From assembly GCA_024277525.1 (NCBI GenBank), contig JAJRUZ010000008.1, forward strand, positions 20,091 through 84,090: a stretch of DNA of 64,000 bases. The letters are read 5' to 3'. Source of the DNA: a candidate division WOR-3 bacterium (GTDB lineage: Bacteria > Hydrothermota > Hydrothermia > Hydrothermales > JAJRUZ01). Under the pieces are notes generated by a model, which was not told the DNA's origin, searched no databases, and saw nothing but the letters and a program-made list of their open reading frames with translations. Below, piece by piece: positions 21,433-29,664 of the stretch (its first letter is position 1; each line of letters starts with the position of its first letter). A program made the translations under genes and the position numbers.

Positions 21433-22794
21433 ATGGAACTTTTTATTTTTATATTTATAAATTTCCTTCTTTATTTCTCCTGCGTAAAAGTAATCAATTT
21501 TATCAAAAAAGACATAAGTTTTGCAGATAATTTAATTTCCGCATTTTTATTTCATCTTTTCTCCTTATTTTTCATTTTTTCAATTTTCGGATACTTGCAT
21601 CTTATAGATTTTAAATTTCTTCTGCTTTTTTATTTTATGTTCATTGTGATTTACTCCCTCATAGGGGGAAATGTAAAAAAGGGATACAGGGAAATATTTT
21701 TAAGATTTGTAGAAAAATTTAAAGAATTTATTAAAATTTTAAAAGAAAACCCCTACTTAAATTTAATCTTTATTCTTTTTCTTATTCAATTAATTTTTAT
21801 TTTAAGGTTTATTTTTCTATATCCTCCTCAGGGCTGGGACAGTTATGCTTATCATCTTCCTGTTGCTTCAAGGATAGTTATAGAAAAAGGGATGCCTTCT
21901 TTTGATAATTTTTTAAAAGCACACACCTTTTTCATGTTTCCTAAGAATATAGAATACATTTTTTCTCTTTATTATATTTTCATAGGTTCTGACAAAGGAA
22001 TGATGATAATTCACATTCCTTTTTTAATTTTTGGGATAATCGCATGTTATTCAATATTAAGAAAATTAGGAGCAAGTAAAGAGAGGTCCCTTTTTGTTTT
22101 TTGTCTTTTATTTACACCTATTATCCCTCAACAATTAGGGGTTGCATATGTAGACATAGAAGTTAACATGATGTTTATAATATTTATGAATTTTGCTTTA
22201 ATTGAAAACCCGTACTTTACTCTTTTTTCTCTTATTGCCCTTTCCATAGGTGCTGGGATAAAATTAAGTATCTTTCCTTTTTTTATAATTTATTTATTTG
22301 TTTCAATTATAAAATTTATAAGAAGAAGAAAAATAATTTTTTTAATCCTTTCTTTTATAATAATATATATAACCTCAACTCATTATTATTTGTTTAATTA
22401 TATAAAAACCGGGAATCCTTTTTATCCCCTAAAGATTAACATTTTCGGATTTGAGATATTTGAAGGAAAAATAAATCCTTTTACAATAGACCCTCGTTTC
22501 TGGATTTTTAATCCTTTTTTTATTATTAAAAAATGGCTGGAGTTTCCTTACGGTAACGTGAGCATTTATAAACATGATAATTTATCTGCTGGGTTTGGGC
22601 ATCTTTTTATTTCTTTTTCCTTTCTTTCATTATTTTTAAATTTGATCTCTTTGAAAAAAAATAAAAATTGGAAAAAATTTTATTTTTTTTTTAATATACT
22701 TTTTAACAATGCCTTACAAATGGTATTCAAGATTTATCATATATATTCCATTTTTATCTTTCATATGTTTTATATATCTATGGGAAATACTTAA
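21433..22794 (+). CDS. Polytopic membrane protein, likely a GT-C-type (ArnT/PMT-like) glycosyltransferase, N-terminal portion. The reading frame appears to shift at a poly-T tract near 22683-22692.
   Basis: More than 10 TM helices with a loop motif (YPPQGWDSYAYHLP). The ORF continues in the +1 frame as 22709..23209 after a T(~10) run. Confidence 0.5.
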   Translation: MELFIFIFINFLLYFSCVKVINFIKKDISFADNLISAFLFHLFSLFFIFSIFGYLHLIDFKFLLLFYFMFIVIYSLIGGNVKKGYREIFLRFVEKFKEFIKILKENPYLNLIFILFLIQLIFILRFIFLYPPQGWDSYAYHLPVASRIVIEKGMPSFDNFLKAHTFFMFPKNIEYIFSLYYIFIGSDKGMMIIHIPFLIFGIIACYSILRKLGASKERSLFVFCLLFTPIIPQQLGVAYVDIEVNMMFIIFMNFALIENPYFTLFSLIALSIGAGIKLSIFPFFIIYLFVSIIKFIRRRKIIFLILSFIIIYITSTHYYLFNYIKTGNPFYPLKINIFGFEIFEGKINPFTIDPRFWIFNPFFIIKKWLEFPYGNVSIYKHDNLSAGFGHLFISFSFLSLFLNLISLKKNKNWKKFYFFFNILFNNALQMVFKIYHIYSIFIFHMFYISMGNT

Positions 22795-23209
22795 ACAGAA
22801 AAATATTGCTCCTTTAATTCTGTTTTTATCTCTTCTTTCACTTTTTGAAGGTCTAAACAATCGTTTTTCACCTTATCCTTTTTCTGATTTTTTTACTTAC
22901 AAAGAAAATACCTTCTCTGTAACCCTGCCTAAGAGGTCCCTTTATTCATTCTCCCAACTCTCTTTTTATTTAAAAGAAAACGATACTTTATGTATTTACT
23001 TCACAGATTGGAAGAAAAAGAAAAATTTTGATTATATCGTTGTATTAAACGGAGGACTCTTGAGAAGAAGTTTCAGAATCAGATATGACTTTATTGATGA
23101 TTCAAGATATAAACTCTACAAAAAAATTATCTCCTCTGTTTACGATACTTTTCCGGGTTACAGAGTAGTTTATTCTGATAAAAACTGCATTTTATGGATT
23201 AAAAAATGA
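22709..23209 (+). CDS. Probable C-terminal (periplasmic) portion of the same GT-C-like protein after a frameshift.
   Basis: This frame is open from about 22655. It encodes a further TM segment and then a soluble domain. It overlaps the previous ORF by 85 nt. Confidence 0.4.
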   Translation: MPYKWYSRFIIYIPFLSFICFIYLWEILKQKNIAPLILFLSLLSLFEGLNNRFSPYPFSDFFTYKENTFSVTLPKRSLYSFSQLSFYLKENDTLCIYFTDWKKKKNFDYIVVLNGGLLRRSFRIRYDFIDDSRYKLYKKIISSVYDTFPGYRVVYSDKNCILWIKK

Positions 23210-23805
23210 AAAATTATATATTTTTTATAATCGGTCTCATCCTTTTTATCCTGCATATCCTTTACTCACCCTATCCTATTGAAAGCCTTAGAGTATTTCA
23301 AAAAGAAATTCATTTATACTTTGCATCAAGAAAAATCATAAAAGATTCGGTGATATCACAGAGAAGAGGTATTAAATTTTACATATTGTCTTGCGGTTTG
23401 AGGGGATTAAAAAACCATTACTTTCTTTTTCAAATCGGAGATTATATAAGAATAATAAAGAAAAAAAGAGGACTATGGGCTGTAATTGTTCCTTCAAGAA
23501 ATTATATTGATTTTGAAATCCAAAACTTTGATACATTTAAATCCGAAGAGGAAGTTAATAAATTGTTAAATTTTTTAAACAATCTCCCTGATTCCTGTTT
23601 GATATTCTTTGCAGTTGAAGACGAAGCATCAAGAAAATGGAATGAAAACATTGAGAGAAAATTCAAACAAATGGGAGCAAAGATAAGTTTAAAAGGGAAA
23701 TACAGATGGAGTTATATATTTGTGGTTAAGAAATTAGGAAATAATTTTATACCTTTATATGAAAAAGCCTTGAAAAATAATCCCTTGCTTCTTCTTTTGA
23801 AATAA
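23206..23805 (+). CDS. Hypothetical secreted or membrane-anchored protein.
   Basis: 199 aa with an N-terminal TM/signal segment; overlaps the upstream gene by 4 nt (operon). Confidence 0.4.
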   Translation: MKNYIFFIIGLILFILHILYSPYPIESLRVFQKEIHLYFASRKIIKDSVISQRRGIKFYILSCGLRGLKNHYFLFQIGDYIRIIKKKRGLWAVIVPSRNYIDFEIQNFDTFKSEEEVNKLLNFLNNLPDSCLIFFAVEDEASRKWNENIERKFKQMGAKISLKGKYRWSYIFVVKKLGNNFIPLYEKALKNNPLLLLLK

Positions 23806-23846
23806 TTTGATTTTATATTATTATCATAACTTAAAATTTTTGATTA

Positions 23847-24818
23847 ATGAGATTTTTTATAATTTTTACCGCACTTATCCTTTATATTTTATTCGGAACA
23901 TTTTTTTATATGTATATTGAGGGGTGGAGAGATTTTGTTGAATCTTTTTATATGTCCATTATTACATTAACAACTGTCGGATACAGGGAAGTTCGCGAAT
24001 TGTCCACTAAAGGAAGAATATTCACCTCTTTTTATATTTTATTCGGACTCGGTTTTTTCTATTATGCATTTTTTACATTATTCGAAGTTGTATTCAAAAG
24101 GACTTCTTTCGTATGGTATAAAAGTAAAATGGAAAACAAAATTAAAAAATTAAAAAATCATTACATAGTTTGCGGTTTCGGAAGGATGGGGAGTTATACC
24201 GTTAACAGATTATTGCTCGAAAAAAAAGACTTTGTGGTAATAGAAAACAATCCCGAAGCAATATCAGAACTTAAAGAAAGGGAAATACTCTTTATAGAAG
24301 GTGATGCAAGGGAAGAGGAAATTTTGATAAAGGCAAATATTAAAAATGCTAAGGCTATTGCTTCGCTCTTACCCGATGATGCGGATAATCTCTATGTTAT
24401 TATCACTGCAAAAGAACTTAATCCGGATATATTTATAGTAACAAAGGCATCTGATAAAGATGGTGAAAGAAGACTGACAAAAGCAGGTGCTCACAGGGTT
24501 ATTTTGCCGTATGAAGAAGCAGGGTCAAAAATTGCTCTTTCCCTTTTAAGGCCGAATCTGAGGGAATTTATAGAACTTGCCCACAGGGGAACACATCTTG
24601 AATATCAGGTTGAAGAAGTTTATATTGATGAAAAATCTCCCTTTAACAATAAATCTCTTAAGGATTCCGGTTTAAGAAAAGATTACGGAATGATTGCTCT
24701 CGGGATAGTTAAAAAGGGCAAACTCATTTTCAATCCCGAGCCTGAAATTAAAATTGAAAAAGGAGATGTATTAATTCTTCTTGGTGAAAGGGAAAAATTT
24801 GAAAAACTGATAGCATAG
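23847..24818 (+). CDS. MthK-like 2TM potassium-channel homolog (pore plus TrkA-N/RCK plus TrkA-C) with a non-canonical filter, TVGYRE.
   Basis: Two TM helices, a pore-helix signature (ITLTTVGYREV), an RCK Rossmann motif (IVCGFGRMG) and a C-terminal TrkA-C domain. Confidence 0.7.
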   Translation: MRFFIIFTALILYILFGTFFYMYIEGWRDFVESFYMSIITLTTVGYREVRELSTKGRIFTSFYILFGLGFFYYAFFTLFEVVFKRTSFVWYKSKMENKIKKLKNHYIVCGFGRMGSYTVNRLLLEKKDFVVIENNPEAISELKEREILFIEGDAREEEILIKANIKNAKAIASLLPDDADNLYVIITAKELNPDIFIVTKASDKDGERRLTKAGAHRVILPYEEAGSKIALSLLRPNLREFIELAHRGTHLEYQVEEVYIDEKSPFNNKSLKDSGLRKDYGMIALGIVKKGKLIFNPEPEIKIEKGDVLILLGEREKFEKLIA

Positions 24819-24819
24819 A

Positions 24820-25881
24820 TTGAGAATCCTTGTCTCTCCTTTATACGGAATAGGTGATACCCTTATGATGACTCCTGCAATTGAAATCCTTAAAAAAAAT
24901 TTGAAAAATTCAGATATAACTGTTTTTACAATGTTTGAATCAACAAGGGATGTGTTACTGAACAACCCTTATATAGATAATTTACTTTATTTCCCTCTAC
25001 TTAAAAATAAAATAAGAAGTTTTTTTTACATATTAACTCAAATTCGTAAAAAAAAATTTGATATTACGATAAATTTTTATCCTACAAACAGAAAAGATTA
25101 CAACATTTTTTCTATTTTAACCGGCTCTAAAATCAGAATAGGACATTCTTATTCTGTGAGAAATATAAGAGAACTCAATTTTTTAAAAAATAGAAAAATA
25201 AAGGAAAAAGAAAAATTGCATAATGTGCTTGAGAATATGAGGCTTTTAAGGAAATTTTTCGGAATAAAGGAGAAAAAAATTCCGCCTTTAAGAATTTATC
25301 TTAAAGAATATGAAATTGAAAAGACAGAAGAATTTATCAGAGAAAAAAATTTGATGGATAAATTTTTAATAGGCGTGCATGCGGGTTCAAGTATTTTTAA
25401 AGGACACAGAGGTAAAAGATGGGCTTTGGATAAATTTGAAGAGCTTTTTAAAAAAATTAAAAATAATTTCAAAGATGCCTTTTTTCTATTTTTCGGTGCA
25501 AAAGATGATAAGGATGCAAATGAATATCTTGAAAACAAAATAAATTTCGGGATTAAAATTGAAGGTAAAAATATCAGAGAAGTTGCGGGAATAATAAAAA
25601 AATGTAAAATTTTTATAACAAACGATTCGGGTATCATGCATCTTTCTGCTGCGTGCGGTGTTCCTACCCTTGCACTTTTCGGACCCACATCTCCTTATAA
25701 ACTTCATCCATGGGGTGTGAAACATAAAATTTGTTTCTTGGGGCTTGATTGTTCACCCTGTTTTAAGTATTCTCCAAAACCTTTAAATTGTGTAAAAAAC
25801 ATCAACTTCAAATGCATGATGGATATGAGTGTTGACTTTGTTTATGAAAAATTTATTGAACTTCTTAGAGAAGTTAAATAA
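24820..25881 (+). CDS. Glycosyltransferase family 9 (ADP-heptose:LPS heptosyltransferase-like).
   Basis: N-terminus MRILVSPLYGIGDTLMMTPAIEILKKN and a C-terminal GT9 region (NDSGIMHLSAACGVPTLALFGPTSP). Confidence 0.7.
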   Translation: MRILVSPLYGIGDTLMMTPAIEILKKNLKNSDITVFTMFESTRDVLLNNPYIDNLLYFPLLKNKIRSFFYILTQIRKKKFDITINFYPTNRKDYNIFSILTGSKIRIGHSYSVRNIRELNFLKNRKIKEKEKLHNVLENMRLLRKFFGIKEKKIPPLRIYLKEYEIEKTEEFIREKNLMDKFLIGVHAGSSIFKGHRGKRWALDKFEELFKKIKNNFKDAFFLFFGAKDDKDANEYLENKINFGIKIEGKNIREVAGIIKKCKIFITNDSGIMHLSAACGVPTLALFGPTSPYKLHPWGVKHKICFLGLDCSPCFKYSPKPLNCVKNINFKCMMDMSVDFVYEKFIELLREVK

Positions 25882-25890
25882 AATTTTAAA

Positions 25891-26592
25891 ATGAAATGGG
25901 AAGATTTGAATGAAATTGAATTTAAAGAAAAAAAATTTAAAAGGGCTTTTCTACCTGTCGGAACCATTGAATCTCACGGAATAGGACCCCTTGGAACAGA
26001 CTGCATTGTGCCGTATAACTTGTGTATTGACCTTGCTCCATTGTTTGACGGGGTTGTTCTTCCTCTCCTTCCCTATGGAATAACTTCCGGATTATACGGA
26101 AGACCTGGTTCAATTTCTTTGAGTTCTGATACTTTTGAAAGGTTAATTTTTGAGATAATCACCTCTGTTTATAAGAACGGAATAAAGGAACTTTTCATAA
26201 TGAACGGACACGGAGGGCAGATAACAGAATTAAAAAATGCATCAAAAAGAGCACATTTTGAAACAGGTATAAAAATTTGTGTGCTCAACTGGTGGATATG
26301 TGCAGAGGAAATTTCTGATAAATATTTCGGGAATATGACAGGGCACGGTGGAGCGGATGAAATTGCAATGGTTTATGCAAAAAAATCTTTTAAAATTGAT
26401 TTTAAAAATGCAAAAAGTTTTTCAAAATTAAAAGGTATAGACATTTTTCCATATCCTTACGGAATGTTATTATATAAAAAAGGAAAAATTAAAAAAGGAT
26501 TTGAAAAGTTAAGCAAGAAATATTACAGGGAGGTGCTGGAGTATCTCAAAAAATTAATAAAAGAGATAATAGAGGGCTGGGAGAGTATGTAA
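25891..26592 (+). CDS. Creatininase-family amidohydrolase.
   Basis: LPVGTIESHG...NGHGGQ metal-binding motifs typical of the creatininase/ArfB/MftE family. Confidence 0.65.
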   Translation: MKWEDLNEIEFKEKKFKRAFLPVGTIESHGIGPLGTDCIVPYNLCIDLAPLFDGVVLPLLPYGITSGLYGRPGSISLSSDTFERLIFEIITSVYKNGIKELFIMNGHGGQITELKNASKRAHFETGIKICVLNWWICAEEISDKYFGNMTGHGGADEIAMVYAKKSFKIDFKNAKSFSKLKGIDIFPYPYGMLLYKKGKIKKGFEKLSKKYYREVLEYLKKLIKEIIEGWESM

Positions 26593-26674
26593 TCCTTTAT
26601 TGTTTTTTTCAATTTCTCATTGTATAATAAATTCACGGGTTGGAGCCCCTTTTAATTCTATTTAAAAAATAAAA

Positions 26675-27997
26675 ATGACACAACTTGAATATGCAAAAAA
26701 CGGTAAAATTACGGATGAAATGATTTTTATTGCAAAGGAGGAGGGTAAGAAACCCGAGGAGATAATGGAACTTGTTGCTTGTGGAAGGGTCGTTATTCCG
26801 CGAAATATAAATCACACGAATCTTGAAAAATTTTGCGGAATAGGTGAAGGTTTAAGAGTTAAGATAAATACGAATATCGGAACTTCTTATGAATATGTAA
26901 ATATTGAGGAAGAAATTGAAAAAGCAAAAACTGCGATAAAATACGGAACAGACACTTTGATGGACTTATCCACGGGCGGAGACCTGAAGTTAATAAGGCA
27001 GAAGATTCTCGAAATCTGCACCGTTCCCTTGGGCACGGTTCCGATTTATGAGGTTGAATTTAAAGTTGCAAAAGAGAAGGGTTCTATTTATGAAATGACT
27101 GCTGATGATTTATTTAAAGTAATTGAAGAACACGGAAGACAGGGAGTTGATTACATAACGGTTCACTGTGGAATCACATGGGAAACTTTAAAGAGATATC
27201 AGAATTCAAAGAGATTAACAGGTATCGTTTCAAGGGGAGGAGGTTTAATTGCTGCCTGGATGCTTGAAAACAGGGAAGAGAATCCGCTTTATAGGTATTA
27301 CGACAGATTGCTTGAAATTGCAAGGGAATATGATATGACACTTTCACTCGGAGACGGTTTAAGACCGGGGTCACTTCATGATTCAACCGATAGGGCTCAG
27401 ATTGCAGAGCTTATGATAATCGGGGAACTTGTTGAAAAGGCAAGAAAAGCAGGGGTTCAGACAATGGTAGAAGGTCCCGGGCACATTCCTTTGAATGAAA
27501 TTGAGATGAATGTTCAGATTCAGAAAAAATTGACAAATTATGCTCCTTTTTATATTCTCGGAATGGTTCCTGCGGATGTTGCGGCGGGTTTTGACCACAT
27601 TGCAGGGGCAATAGGCGGAGCGGTTGCAGGATGGCATGGTGCTGATATGTTATGTTATGTTACACCTGCTGAGCACCTCGGACTCCCTACGATTGAGCAC
27701 GTAAAACAGGGGGTTATTGCCTTTAAAATTGCTGCTCATATTGCAGATATCGCAAGAGGAAACAAGGAAGCAATTGAGAGAAACAAAAAAATGAGTGAAG
27801 CGAGGTATAAATTGGATTGGGAGAGACAATTTGAACTTGTTTTATTCCCTAAGGAAGCGAGGGAGATTTACAATCAGAGAAAAAGCGGGACAGAAGCATG
27901 TTCAATGTGTGGTCCCTTTTGTCCGATGAATCTTGTCGAAAAGACCTTAAAGAAACACAAAATAGAAAAATTTGAAGAAAAAAAAGTGAAAATTTAA
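26675..27997 (+). CDS. thiC: Phosphomethylpyrimidine synthase ThiC.
   Basis: 440 aa with ThiC hallmarks, including the C-terminal CxxC-X4-C radical-SAM-like cluster (CSMCGPFCPM). Confidence 0.9.
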   Translation: MTQLEYAKNGKITDEMIFIAKEEGKKPEEIMELVACGRVVIPRNINHTNLEKFCGIGEGLRVKINTNIGTSYEYVNIEEEIEKAKTAIKYGTDTLMDLSTGGDLKLIRQKILEICTVPLGTVPIYEVEFKVAKEKGSIYEMTADDLFKVIEEHGRQGVDYITVHCGITWETLKRYQNSKRLTGIVSRGGGLIAAWMLENREENPLYRYYDRLLEIAREYDMTLSLGDGLRPGSLHDSTDRAQIAELMIIGELVEKARKAGVQTMVEGPGHIPLNEIEMNVQIQKKLTNYAPFYILGMVPADVAAGFDHIAGAIGGAVAGWHGADMLCYVTPAEHLGLPTIEHVKQGVIAFKIAAHIADIARGNKEAIERNKKMSEARYKLDWERQFELVLFPKEAREIYNQRKSGTEACSMCGPFCPMNLVEKTLKKHKIEKFEEKKVKI

Positions 27998-28134
27998 GTT
28001 TGACAGCCATTTATTCTAAATACTGAGAGGGTGTTTGAATAAGAGAAGTTGACATAAGATTCTTTAAAATCGAGATAAAAACCTCTATCGGATTTAAAAG
28101 AAGCAGGATGGGCAAAAAGACAGCAGGGTTATTA

Positions 28135-28250
28135 TGTTTATTGAGTTTACCAGTGTCCTTGTGTTAATCGTGTTTATTGGGTTTGTCGGGTTTATTGTGT
28201 TCTTCGCGTTTGTTGGGATTAATTGCGTTCATTGAGTTTAAAAATTTATT
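28135..28250 (+). repeat. Tandem array of degenerate 9-bp units (TTTATTGGG, TTTGTCGGG, TTTATTGTG, TTCTTCGCG, TTTGTTGGG, ...), about 12 units.
   Basis: Direct reading shows a strict 9-nt period with G at unit positions 7 and 9. Confidence 0.8.
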
Positions 28251-28261
28251 TTACGCGATGA

Positions 28262-28548
28262 ATCATCGCTACAAATCAGATAGGAGGGAAAATAAATCTT
28301 TGATGATATAAACTCCAGATAATCAGAGAATCTATCATTCATTTTTATCCTGTCAAGGAAACTCTTTAAAACATACATTCCCTTTTTCAATCTTATAACC
28401 TTTCCACTTTTCTCCAGCCTTGATAAAGCAATTTTAAGATAATAATTTCTTATCCCAGTATCTCCAGATTTTTCTTTGAAAAATAGGGCAAATCTTTAAC
28501 ACAATCAATTATTTCATCCACAATACTTTTAAAATCTTCATTTCTCAT
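28262..28548 (-). pseudogene. Decayed AbiEi-like (type IV TA antitoxin, wHTH) gene remnant with multiple frame breaks.
   Basis: Hand translation gives MRNEDFKSIVDEIIDCVKDLPYFSKKNLEILG, a stop, IRNYYLKIALSRLEKSGKVIRLKKGMYVL, and further breaks. This resembles the AbiEi N-terminal domain (...L..LG.s...lsrL.kkGkl.rl.rGvY..). No intact ORF exists. Confidence 0.35.
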
Positions 28549-28600
28549 GGTATACAAATATTGTATACTATTGGAAATCAATTTTCAAGTTTCCTTTTAA

Positions 28601-28632
28601 TTGGGTTTTTTGCGTTCATTGTGCTTGTTGGG
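28601..28632 (+). repeat. Short copy of the 9-bp repeat family (TTTTTTGCG TTCATTGTG CTTGTTGGG).
   Basis: Direct reading. Confidence 0.6.
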
Positions 28633-28648
28633 TAGAAACTCCCCTTTC
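28630..28648. other. Hairpin CCCCTTT-cttta-AAAGGGG, followed by GGGGCAGGGGA.
   Basis: Perfect 7-bp stem. Confidence 0.5.
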
Positions 28649-28753
28649 TTTAAAAGGGGGCAGGGGATGTTTAAATTCTCTTGAACTAAAGTCATTTTTT
28701 ATTACACTCTAAGGGTGTAATTAGAGTTAGGGGTCTTCAGAAATTACAACAGT

Positions 28754-28963
28754 TTATTTACTTGTGGTGGGTATAATTATATTAAGTTCTCCTGTGGGAA
28801 TGAGATTATGTAAAGAAGCATTTAAAAACTCTATACTTACTGGCTCACCTTTTTCATTATAACTAACAATTACACCTCCAGGTTCTTCAATAGCATCTAC
28901 GGGTGGATCATCTTTAAATACAATCATTAAAACATCTGACTCGGGATCATACTTTATTTTCAT
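28754..28963 (-). CDS. DUF2283-family protein (predicted antitoxin partner of DUF4258).
   Basis: MKIKYDPESDVLMIVFKDD...GVIVSYNEKGEPVSIEFLNAS matches the DUF2283 pattern (MKI.YD.e.D.lyI...). Confidence 0.7.
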   Translation of the reverse strand: MKIKYDPESDVLMIVFKDDPPVDAIEEPGGVIVSYNEKGEPVSIEFLNASLHNLIPTGELNIIIPTTSK

Positions 28964-28964
28964 A

Positions 28965-29222
28965 TCATTCCTCCTTAAAGTATTTTTTAATTTTGGTAGT
29001 ATAATAAAAAGTTATTATTTTTTTCTCATTTCCTGAAGATGTGAATATTACCCTTAATAGCCCTTTAGTCCACTTTTTCTGAGCTATTACAGTATTCATA
29101 TCACCTGCCACTACTTGAGCAGGATTTTTAAGCACATTTTCTACAATTTCTTTTGTAATTCCCATTTTTTTCTCCCATTCTTTTTGGCGTTCTTTCGCAT
29201 GTTTGGCCCATATAATTTTCAC
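28965..29222 (-). CDS. DUF4258-family protein (predicted toxin of the DUF4258/DUF2283 pair).
   Basis: 85 aa, MKIIWAKHAKERQKEW...; separated from the DUF2283 gene by 1 nt. Confidence 0.6.
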   Translation of the reverse strand: MKIIWAKHAKERQKEWEKKMGITKEIVENVLKNPAQVVAGDMNTVIAQKKWTKGLLRVIFTSSGNEKKIITFYYTTKIKKYFKEE

Positions 29223-29291
29223 TCAAAATATTATATTCCTTCAAGTCAAATTTTTCAAATATATTCAAATTGCAATTTTTATACTTCTGAG

Positions 29292-29450
29292 GTGTTTATC
29301 GCGTTTTTTTGCGTTTGTCGCGTTTGTTGGGTTTATAAATATGCGGGACGAGCGGGACGGGCGGGAAAAGCGAGAGGGGTTTGTTGCGCTTTTCGGGCTT
29401 ATCGTGTTCATTGGGTTTTTCGTGTTTATTGGGTTTTTTGCGTTGATTAT
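29292..29450 (+). repeat. Composite repeat element. A left arm of 9-mers (TTTATCGCG, TTTTTTTGCG, TTTGTCGCG, TTTGTTGGG) is followed by a TTTATAAATAT core. Then come four GCGRGANNN units (GCGGGACGA, GCGGGACGG, GCGGGAAAA, GCGAGAGGG), a right arm of 7 units (GTTTGTTGCG...TTTTTTGCG) and a TTGATTAT terminus.
   Basis: Direct reading. The layout is the same as the copies at 29587, 47062 and 49372. Confidence 0.85.
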
Positions 29451-29586
29451 ATTCTGTTTAAGCTCCATTTACAGTTTATCTTCCTTTAAATAATAAAAGC
29501 TGGCATAGAGCTCTTAAAAAGATTTTGAAATCTAAATAAAGGCTTCTGTTTTTAACATAATAAAGGTCATATTCCTGTCTATATAT

Positions 29587-29664
29587 GTCTATTGCGTTTA
29601 TAAATAGGCGAGAAAAGCGAGAAAGGCGGGAAACGCGAGACGCGTCTATTGCGTTTTTCATTTG
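29587..29664 (+). repeat. Compact copy of the same element: GTCTATTGCG, TTTATAAATAG, GCGAGAAAA, GCGAGAAAG, GCGGGAAAC, GCGAGACGC, GTCTATTGCG.
   Basis: Direct reading; it abuts the 3' end of the wecA-like gene. Confidence 0.85.

Noticed and set aside
26593-26674. TPP riboswitch or tRNA-like element (GGGTTGGAGCCCC) upstream of thiC
   Set aside because: No THI-box consensus is present. The T-loop-like string lacks TTCRA and a matching acceptor stem.
29115-29661. ORF-track entries 29115..29489, 29203..29493, 29265..29468 and 29476..29661, plus tripeptide-periodic 'proteins' (AGRAGRAGKARG; NPI NTK NPM) inside the repeat arrays
   Set aside because: They arise from translating 9-bp-periodic non-coding repeats in any frame. 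They overlap each other on both strands and have no start context. The same DNA occurs in both orientations elsewhere.
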